Positions 1 to 5,848 of a stretch of 32,000 nt of DNA are shown piece by piece. This DNA is from Gemmatimonadota bacterium (lineage in GTDB: Bacteria > Gemmatimonadota > Gemmatimonadetes > Longimicrobiales > RSA9), in the NCBI GenBank assembly GCA_040902615.1, contig JBBDWZ010000087.1, positions 2,366 to 34,365 of the forward strand, in the 5' to 3' direction. The notes beneath the pieces were generated by a model that saw only the letters and a list, made by a program, of their open reading frames with translations, searched no databases and was not told the origin of the DNA. Numbering within the stretch: the first letter of the stretch is position 1; the number at the start of each line of letters is the position of its first letter. The position numbers and the translations under genes are program-made.

Positions 1-2193
1 ATTGACTACGGAGTGGATGGCAGGGCGATCACGATCCGTCGTGGACTGCCGGGTGCTGCGTATCCCGCGGGTTTTCCGGTTGCGCTAGTTACGACGATGG
101 AGCAGCTGGAAGTAAACACTTCTCGTGTGATCGTAAGGCTTCGTGACCGACAGGCTGAGCTGGACAAGCCGCTACAGGCTACGAAATACGATGGCGATAA
201 CGTCCCGCCTGATGGACTGGAAGGCGGTGAAGAACTCAAGGACAAGCCGAAGCCGGTACTGTATGGGCAGGCAACGAACATTTCCCCGGTTCCTGTCAAT
301 CCGAGCAGGCTCATCTATCAACTGGCTGATGGACTGCTCGCTTCCGTTGAAAACGTGTACGACTCTGGCGTATCGCTAAAGGAAGATCTCGTCGAGTGGG
401 AAACGCAGACGAGTGGCTATTCGGCAGGCGAGCAGATCAATACCGCCACGTTCGGCGCGGGCCTTTATGTGACTGGTGGCGCTGCGGGCAAAATCTTCAC
501 GTCACCCACGCGCGTCACGTGGACATCGCGCACTAGTGGCTTCGGTTCCGATCCCGTCCGTCGGATCCGCTATCTGGGTGCGCAGTTCATTGCGGTCGGC
601 GACAACGCAAAGCTTTCGACCTCGCCGGATGGCATCACATGGACTGCGCGCACGAGCAGCTTCGCGGCCGGCGAGCCGATCTACGGTGTCACGTTCAATG
701 GCTCGGTGTACGTCGCGGTCGGTGGGGATGGCACTAATGGCATCAAGATCGCGACATCATCCGACGGCATCACATGGAACCAGCAAACGGTGCCAACCGG
801 CTGGACCACGAACTACGCTACGTCGGTCGCGTTCGGAAACAGTGTCTTTGTTGTGGTGGGAATCAATGGCAAGCTCGCCACGTCAGCAGATGGAACGAGT
901 TGGACCGCACAGACCAACCTTGAAAGCGCGGGCGTAAACCTATACGGCCTGTTGTTCGACGGCACCAAGTTCCTGGTCGGTACGCAGGGTCTTGTTGGCA
1001 ACGCTGACGGTCGGATTCACACCTCGCTTAACGGGATCACGTGGACCCGGCAGTATCTAGCTGGCGATTTTTCGGATGGCTGGTTCGACATCGCATTCGG
1101 TGGCGGCGTGTACGTTGCGGCCGGAACCCCGAGCCGCCTGGCCGTCTCTCGCGACGGCTTCATCTGGCACTCCATGACCAGCGGCTTCGGTCTCGGTGAC
1201 GATGTAATGTGCGCCGCGCACGGCGACTCGGGGTTTATGGTCGCTGGCGAAGATGCGACACTCCACACGCCAATAAGCTATAAGACCTTCGCGTCAGCCG
1301 CAGACCTCGAAGATGATTCGCTCGCACCCCACGCGGGCACGTTTGGCATGTTCCTCGATGCTGCTGGTAGCTACATCCGCCTCGGCGCTCCACCTGCTGG
1401 CCAGGTCACAGCCGATGTTACGCAAGGTGCCGCCGGATCGAACCGCACGGCAGGACAAATCTGGAAGCTCATCCTTGAACGTGCAGGTATGGTCAGCGGC
1501 ACCGACTTCTCGACCTCAGACATTACCACACTCGATACCGCGAACAGTTCGGTGCTCGGCTTCTACGCGCGGGAGGAAATGACCGCGGCCGATGCTCTTA
1601 CCCAGGTCGCCGCCAGTGTAGGCGCATGGTGGGGTGCTGATCGTAACGGAGTCTTCCGCATCCAGCGGCTCGTAGCGCCATCGGGTTCGCCTGTCGTGAC
1701 GTTCACCGAAGCCGACATCAAGAGAGGCTCCCTGATTCGCGAGCCGACCAGAGATCCGGGCCGCGGGCTGCCGACATGGCGCTCGATTCTGCGCTATGCC
1801 AAGAACTATACGGTGCAGGACAGCGGCCTTGCGGGCAGCGTGTCGGCCGAGCGTCGTTCAGAGCTTGCCGCGGAGTGGCGCGAAACAAAGGACGAAGATG
1901 CAGCCGTGCAAACGAAGCATTTGCTTGCACCGGAAGTGATTGAAGAGACGCTTCTCGTCACGAAAGCAAATGCTGATACCGAGGTGGACCGCAGGCAAAC
2001 GCTGAGAGGCACGCGCAGGGACTTCTTCAATCTGACCGTGCAACTCGATGCGACCACGTATTCACTGGACATGGGTGACGTCATCGAGATCGAGCATTCC
2101 CGCTTCGGCCTGTCTGCTGGCAAGCTGTTCAGGGTGGTGGCAGTAGAGCCCGACTTTGAACGCGAAATATTACATCTGGGAGCCTGGGGATGA
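1..2193 (+). CDS. Phage tail / host-specificity-type protein, 5' end probably cut by the window edge, with a central Asp-box-like beta-propeller
   Basis: The reading frame is open from nt 1 (track start GTG 13). The C-terminal ~300 aa look like the conserved tail-tip/host-specificity module of siphovirus/GTA-type tails, from recollection only. Residues ~160-390 carry six S-x-D-G-x-T-W repeats. Codon bias is strong and uniform. Confidence 0.75.
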   Translation: MDYGVDGRAITIRRGLPGAAYPAGFPVALVTTMEQLEVNTSRVIVRLRDRQAELDKPLQATKYDGDNVPPDGLEGGEELKDKPKPVLYGQATNISPVPVNPSRLIYQLADGLLASVENVYDSGVSLKEDLVEWETQTSGYSAGEQINTATFGAGLYVTGGAAGKIFTSPTRVTWTSRTSGFGSDPVRRIRYLGAQFIAVGDNAKLSTSPDGITWTARTSSFAAGEPIYGVTFNGSVYVAVGGDGTNGIKIATSSDGITWNQQTVPTGWTTNYATSVAFGNSVFVVVGINGKLATSADGTSWTAQTNLESAGVNLYGLLFDGTKFLVGTQGLVGNADGRIHTSLNGITWTRQYLAGDFSDGWFDIAFGGGVYVAAGTPSRLAVSRDGFIWHSMTSGFGLGDDVMCAAHGDSGFMVAGEDATLHTPISYKTFASAADLEDDSLAPHAGTFGMFLDAAGSYIRLGAPPAGQVTADVTQGAAGSNRTAGQIWKLILERAGMVSGTDFSTSDITTLDTANSSVLGFYAREEMTAADALTQVAASVGAWWGADRNGVFRIQRLVAPSGSPVVTFTEADIKRGSLIREPTRDPGRGLPTWRSILRYAKNYTVQDSGLAGSVSAERRSELAAEWRETKDEDAAVQTKHLLAPEVIEETLLVTKANADTEVDRRQTLRGTRRDFFNLTVQLDATTYSLDMGDVIEIEHSRFGLSAGKLFRVVAVEPDFEREILHLGAWG
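415..1272 (+). other. Six-repeat Asp-box/BNR-like beta-propeller region inside the tail protein
   Basis: The repeats are TSPTRVTW, TSPDGITW, TSSDGITW, TSADGTSW, TSLNGITW and VSRDGFIW. They are spaced 40-47 aa apart, and each is preceded by a hydrophobic strand (e.g. FIAVG, YVAVG, FVVVG, FLVG, YVAAG). Confidence 0.7.
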
Positions 2194-2348
2194 GAAAACG
2201 TTTGCTTTGTGTTTCTGTGGTGCTGCTGGCTGGCTGCTTTTCTGATCCGGTCGAACCCCAGCCCGTTTGTCATACCGCAATCATGCGCAATGCCGCGGGC
2301 GATTCTGTGGGCATTATCAAAGCCTGCATGACGGTGTCGCGTGGCTAA
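2190..2348 (+). CDS. Small phage-encoded lipoprotein (52 aa), absent from the ORF track
   Basis: The ATG at 2190 overlaps the tail-gene stop (ATGA). GGGAG at 2178-2182 sits 7 nt upstream. Translation: MRKRLLCVSVVLLAGCFSDPVEPQPVCHTAIMRNAAGDSVGIIKACMTVSRG. It has a basic n-region, a hydrophobic core and the canonical lipobox L-A-G-C. Confidence 0.6.
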   Translation: MRKRLLCVSVVLLAGCFSDPVEPQPVCHTAIMRNAAGDSVGIIKACMTVSRG

Positions 2349-2652
2349 AGGCGCTGATCTTTCTACCGTCCGTTCGCCCATGAGCACCGGACAACTCGAA
2401 TCGACACTGAAGGGCAAGCTGGTCGAGGCTGAGGCCGCACGTGCATTGAACGTGAGCGGCTGCTCCAGCATATCGCTTTTTCTGCCGAGCTTAATGGTGC
2501 AACTGGCAGCGTTCGACATTGACGAGAACGAGGTGCGAGTGTGCGCAGTGGATGCACAAGGCAACGCTCGCACGGGCCCCCGCGGGCCGGTATCGGCCGA
2601 TGAGGTTGTAGGACAGATGCGACTGCTGTACCCGAAACACTTTCGGGGATAG
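2341..2652 (+). CDS. Hypothetical phage cargo protein (103 aa; start uncertain, alternative ATG at 2380)
   Basis: This is an open frame in the same orientation as its neighbours. GTG 2341 overlaps the lipoprotein ORF by 8 nt. Amino-acid composition is plausible and no motif was recognised. Confidence 0.4.
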   Translation: MAKGADLSTVRSPMSTGQLESTLKGKLVEAEAARALNVSGCSSISLFLPSLMVQLAAFDIDENEVRVCAVDAQGNARTGPRGPVSADEVVGQMRLLYPKHFRG

Positions 2653-2734
2653 TTGTAGTGCCGGGTTTCCCGACGGCGGGAGATTCGCACAAACACAAAA
2701 CGCCCGGCGAAAGAACTGGGCGGGAGAGATTGAA

Positions 2735-3547
2735 ATGTCGGATGCAAAGAAAGCAGCATTCAGGGATGCAACGTCGGGCTTGGACTACTTCGTTGCGGAT
2801 GATCCTCGCGAAGTCCTGAAGGCAACGCTCAATTCGCGCCTCACGGCCGAGCCGAGCATGGAACAGGTACGCGAGCAGGACACCCTCGCCGCTCAGTTGA
2901 GGGTTGATGCCGCGCCAGAGTGGAGCGCTGTCAGCTCAATTGCTGAAAGCGTGTTCAATAGCGCAGCCGAACATTTCGCACAGGTTGCGCGCGCATATGA
3001 CGATATGAAACCCGTGCCATTTGCAAACTTCCAGACTCAGGCGTCGAAAGAATACGCGTCGAAGCTTCTGGGATTGACTGAATCGGTGCGCGCGAAGATT
3101 GACGCAGTCCGTTCTCGCTTCAGCCGGCCGGCCATCCCGTTTCCTGTTGCTTCTGCAGACGTGACTGCCTTGCAAATCCGGCTGAACATCCTCGAGAACG
3201 CAACGCCCGACATCGCCGCGGAGCTAATTCTCGATGGCGTGCAGCGTGGCGACGTGCCGTTCCTGACCGCAGCCGTCAAGAACCTGCGGAGTTGGACAAA
3301 CCACAAAGCCGTCTGGAAGGCCGCAGAGACAAGCGGCTATGCCAATGACCTCATCGAAAAGGCAGAGCGCGCCATCTGGTCGCCAGAGATCGCGGCCGCG
3401 GAACATTGCGCAGCGCGAGCCGATGCCTTCGCGGCGTCGTGGAGGTATTTACTCACAAACGCGCTCTCGGGTCCCGTGGACCCCATGCATAGGCAAGCCG
3501 GGGCCCTGTCGCCCATGCTCGATCCTGTCGCGCGGGTTGCGGCCTGA
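2735..3547 (+). CDS. Hypothetical phage protein, predicted all-alpha (270 aa)
   Basis: An ATG start is preceded by GGGAGAG. The frame is long with good coding bias and matches no family I recognise. The 283-aa antisense ORF looks like a GC-shadow. Confidence 0.65.
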   Translation: MSDAKKAAFRDATSGLDYFVADDPREVLKATLNSRLTAEPSMEQVREQDTLAAQLRVDAAPEWSAVSSIAESVFNSAAEHFAQVARAYDDMKPVPFANFQTQASKEYASKLLGLTESVRAKIDAVRSRFSRPAIPFPVASADVTALQIRLNILENATPDIAAELILDGVQRGDVPFLTAAVKNLRSWTNHKAVWKAAETSGYANDLIEKAERAIWSPEIAAAEHCAARADAFAASWRYLLTNALSGPVDPMHRQAGALSPMLDPVARVAA

Positions 3548-3645
3548 CAACACCTAGGGCCCCGTTCCGTCGTCGCCGCGCGGATAAACTCGCGCACAAT
3601 CAGGCCGGCGATGGGCGGGGTGTTGTCTTTCATAGGAGGTTGATC

Positions 3646-4092
3646 GTGATGGAACGTAGATGCACCGGGAAGAATGCGACCGGGGAACCGTGCGAGAAGC
3701 CGTCGCGCCTGGTGGGCGATGATGGCTGGTGCGACACACATCGGCCCGGCTCTACCTACATGAGCGACATTGGAGCACTGGGCGGGCAAGCAACGAAAGA
3801 GAAGTTCGAGGCGAAGGGATTGAATCCGGGGGAGATGCCCGACGTCACCGATACCGCTACTGCGCTGCAGGCGTTCAATGTCGTAGGTAGGGCTCATGGC
3901 GAGCGGCGCCTGACCGATCGGGAGGCAGACTCGCACGTGAAGCGCATCGATGCCACCGTGAAGGCACTCAACGTACACATGACCGGCAGACTCGTGACTG
4001 AACTGGCGGCCGAGCTCGAACGCAAGGAAACGCAGATTCAAGAACTTCGGAAGCAGTTGAATGCAACGCCCAGGATGGCGGTTGCCCGATGA
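3646..4092 (+). CDS. Putative terminase small subunit (Cys/His-rich N-terminus plus C-terminal coiled coil)
   Basis: GGAGG lies at 3635-3639. The track start TTG 3640 is too close to it, so GTG 3646 or ATG 3649 is more plausible. The stop overlaps the TerL start in ATGA (4089-4092). The N-terminus reads RRCTGKNATGEPCEKPSRLVGDDGWCDTH and the C-terminus LAAELERKETQIQELRKQL. The TerS call rests on position and size only. Confidence 0.5.
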   Translation: MMERRCTGKNATGEPCEKPSRLVGDDGWCDTHRPGSTYMSDIGALGGQATKEKFEAKGLNPGEMPDVTDTATALQAFNVVGRAHGERRLTDREADSHVKRIDATVKALNVHMTGRLVTELAAELERKETQIQELRKQLNATPRMAVAR

Positions 4093-4919
4093 GTCATGGG
4101 CAGGGAACCGAGCGGCTTGCTCGGCGGAAGTTGGACAAGGCGCGCAAGCTGGTCGTGCCCACAATGCCCGACCCGGATGTATTGCCACCCGATCCGCTCA
4201 CGTTTGCAAAGATGTGCGGCTTCGTGCCGGATGCATGGCAGGCCGACGTGCTCACGACCGATTCAGATAAAACGATCCTGTGCTGCTCTCGCCAGTCCGG
4301 CAAATCAACCGTGACGGCTCTGCGGGCCGTGCGCGAGGCCGTGTATGTGCCCAACTCGCTTTCGTTGCTGCTGGCGCCTGCTCTCAGGCAATCGGGTGAG
4401 CTGTTCCGCAAGTGCATGCAACTCTATCAGAGCATCGACGGTCCCGTGCCCGCCATCGTGCATGACTCGGCACTGCGGCTTGAGCTGGACAATGGGTCCA
4501 GAATCATCGCACTGCCAGGCAGCGAGAGCACGACGCGGGGTTACTCGGCGTGCACTCTCGTTGTGATAGATGAGGCTGCGCGAGTGCCTGACGATCTGAT
4601 TGCAGCCGTGCGGCCCTCGCTCGCTACGACTGACGGTCGCTTGATCGTGCTCAGTACGCCTTGGGGACGTCGCGGGTACTTTTACAAGACGTGGTTCCAT
4701 GGTGAGGGCTGGACCCGGATGATGATTAAGGCGGAAGATTGCCCGCGCATCTCATCGAAGTTTCTTGAAGCTGAACGTCGAGAGCTAGGCGAGTTCAACT
4801 ATAGCCAGGAGTATGAATGCGAGTTTCTGGATTCTGAGACGTCGGTCTTCTCAAGTGCGTTGATCGAGCGCGCGCTGTCGGACACGCTGAAACCGTTCTT
4901 TCCGAGGAAGGTCGCCTAA
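4089..4919 (+). CDS. Terminase large subunit, ATPase domain ORF
   Basis: Walker A is SRQSGKST, Walker B is LVVIDEAA, and the coupling motif LSTPWG is present. The ORF ends at TAA 4917-4919, where TerL proteins normally continue into the nuclease domain. Confidence 0.85.
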   Translation: MSHGQGTERLARRKLDKARKLVVPTMPDPDVLPPDPLTFAKMCGFVPDAWQADVLTTDSDKTILCCSRQSGKSTVTALRAVREAVYVPNSLSLLLAPALRQSGELFRKCMQLYQSIDGPVPAIVHDSALRLELDNGSRIIALPGSESTTRGYSACTLVVIDEAARVPDDLIAAVRPSLATTDGRLIVLSTPWGRRGYFYKTWFHGEGWTRMMIKAEDCPRISSKFLEAERRELGEFNYSQEYECEFLDSETSVFSSALIERALSDTLKPFFPRKVA

Positions 4920-5609
4920 ATGGGCCTCGTTTTCAATTTCGGTCACAACACAGGCTGCACGATAACGCCCGCACCCCGCACGCACTACGTCATCGGCGCT
5001 GACCTTGGGCAGGTTGCAGACCCGACGGCTCTCTGCGTGATGAGAGTAACCGAGACGTACCCGACGATAGCGGAGGGCGCATCACTGCCGCGGCCGAAAC
5101 GCATACAGATGGACGTAGGGCACCTCGAACGGCTACCGCTCAGGCAGGCTTACCCGGACCAGGTTGAGCATGTACGGCGATTGCTGCGCTCGGACTTCCT
5201 TGCTGGAGTCAGGAAGACTCTGGTGGTTGACCAGACGGGCGTGGGCCGTCCAGTGTTCGATATGTTCGAGCGGGCCGGGCTGTCTCCTATTGGCGTTACG
5301 ATTACGGCCGGCGATCAGGAAACCCGTGTCAATCACAGCAACTATCGAGTGGCCAAGCTGCTGTTAATCTCGCGGCTACAGGCCGCACTGCACGCCAATG
5401 ACCTGCAGGTTGCCAGTGAGTTGGAGGAGGCGGCAACGCTCGTCAAGGAATTGCAGGACTTCCGCGCCACGTTCTCCGATGCCGGCCATGCTTCATTCAA
5501 TGCGCGTGAAGGCGCGCACGATGACCTGGTGCTGGCGGTTGCGATTGCGGCATGGTACGCTGAGCACGACACGCGGAACCGCTCGCAGGTGTTCACTTAC
5601 AGAGCCTAG
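4920..5609 (+). CDS. Terminase large subunit, RNaseH-like nuclease domain ORF
   Basis: The ATG directly follows the upstream TAA and is in the same frame. Acidic nuclease motifs are present: YVIGADLG, LVVDQTGVG and HDDLVLAVAIAAWY. The combined length of 276+229 aa matches a normal TerL. Confidence 0.8.
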   Translation: MGLVFNFGHNTGCTITPAPRTHYVIGADLGQVADPTALCVMRVTETYPTIAEGASLPRPKRIQMDVGHLERLPLRQAYPDQVEHVRRLLRSDFLAGVRKTLVVDQTGVGRPVFDMFERAGLSPIGVTITAGDQETRVNHSNYRVAKLLLISRLQAALHANDLQVASELEEAATLVKELQDFRATFSDAGHASFNAREGAHDDLVLAVAIAAWYAEHDTRNRSQVFTYRA

Positions 5610-5618
5610 GGTGAAAGA

Positions 5619-5641
5619 CTGGGAAGAAAGCTGGGAAGAAA
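5619..5641 (+). repeat. Tandem direct repeat CTGGGAAGAAA x2 (1-nt spacer) in a purine-rich terL-att spacer
   Basis: CTGGGAAGAAA occurs at 5619-5629 and 5631-5641. TGGGAA recurs at 5773-5778, right next to the tRNA fragment. CGCAAAAG occurs at 5657-5664 and 5760-5767. Confidence 0.6.
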
Positions 5642-5778
5642 CACCCGAAAAGGACCGCAAAAGAAGGAGAGAAAACGCAAACGGCCGAGACCTTCCGCGA
5701 CAACGCGGCAACTCGTAACCCGTTGCCGTAGCGTCACTCCCGCGACCTGCGGAAATGAACGCAAAAGCCGGTTGGGAA

Positions 5779-5831
5779 CTTGAAAACTGGCGACCCAAAA
5801 GGTCTTCCGAGTTCGAATCTCGGGCCCTCCG
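5779..5831 (+). other. Orphan 3' half of tRNA-Ser(UGA), a putative prophage att core (not a functional tRNA)
   Basis: The fragment has anticodon loop CTTGAAA, the 3' anticodon-stem strand ACTGG, a long variable arm GACC-caaaa-GGTC, T arm CCGAG-TTCGAAT-CTCGG, acceptor 3' strand GCCCTCC and discriminator G. No D arm and no complementary GGAGGGC were found upstream. Confidence 0.65.
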
Positions 5832-5848
5832 TACATAGCGCATTCTAC

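Larger units (their letters stand above)
1..5831 (+). mobile_element. Right-hand end of an integrated prophage or prophage remnant (tail gene, cargo ORFs, terminase genes, tRNA-derived att-like junction); left end lies outside the window
   Basis: Seven co-oriented + strand ORFs carry phage hallmarks (tail-type protein, TerL Walker A/B plus RNaseH-like nuclease) and have overlapping or abutting junctions. An orphan 3' half of a class II tRNA follows at 5779-5831. Ordinary chromosomal genes begin 17 bp later on the other strand. No integrase is present in the window. Confidence 0.6.

Noticed and set aside
2190-2348. Interpreting the small lipoprotein as an Rz1-type o-spanin
   Set aside because: No endolysin, holin or i-spanin gene is adjacent, and it is not embedded in another ORF. 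Its position after the tail gene fits an exclusion or receptor-masking role better, though the spanin reading is not excluded.
5741-5831. A complete tRNA (or tmRNA) gene ending at 5831
   Set aside because: The 3' half is convincing, but no D arm or 5' acceptor strand complementary to GCCCTCC exists upstream. The would-be anticodon loop is 13 nt if CCGGT (5768-5772) is used as the stem. The acceptor would lack the G3:U70 pair needed for a tmRNA. It is called a fragment only.
5398-5843. ORFs 5398-5718(+), 5493-5843(-) and 5606-5836(-) in the terL-att spacer
   Set aside because: They are products of the purine-rich low-complexity spacer, or they overlap the terL nuclease ORF. They have no RBS and no protein-like composition.
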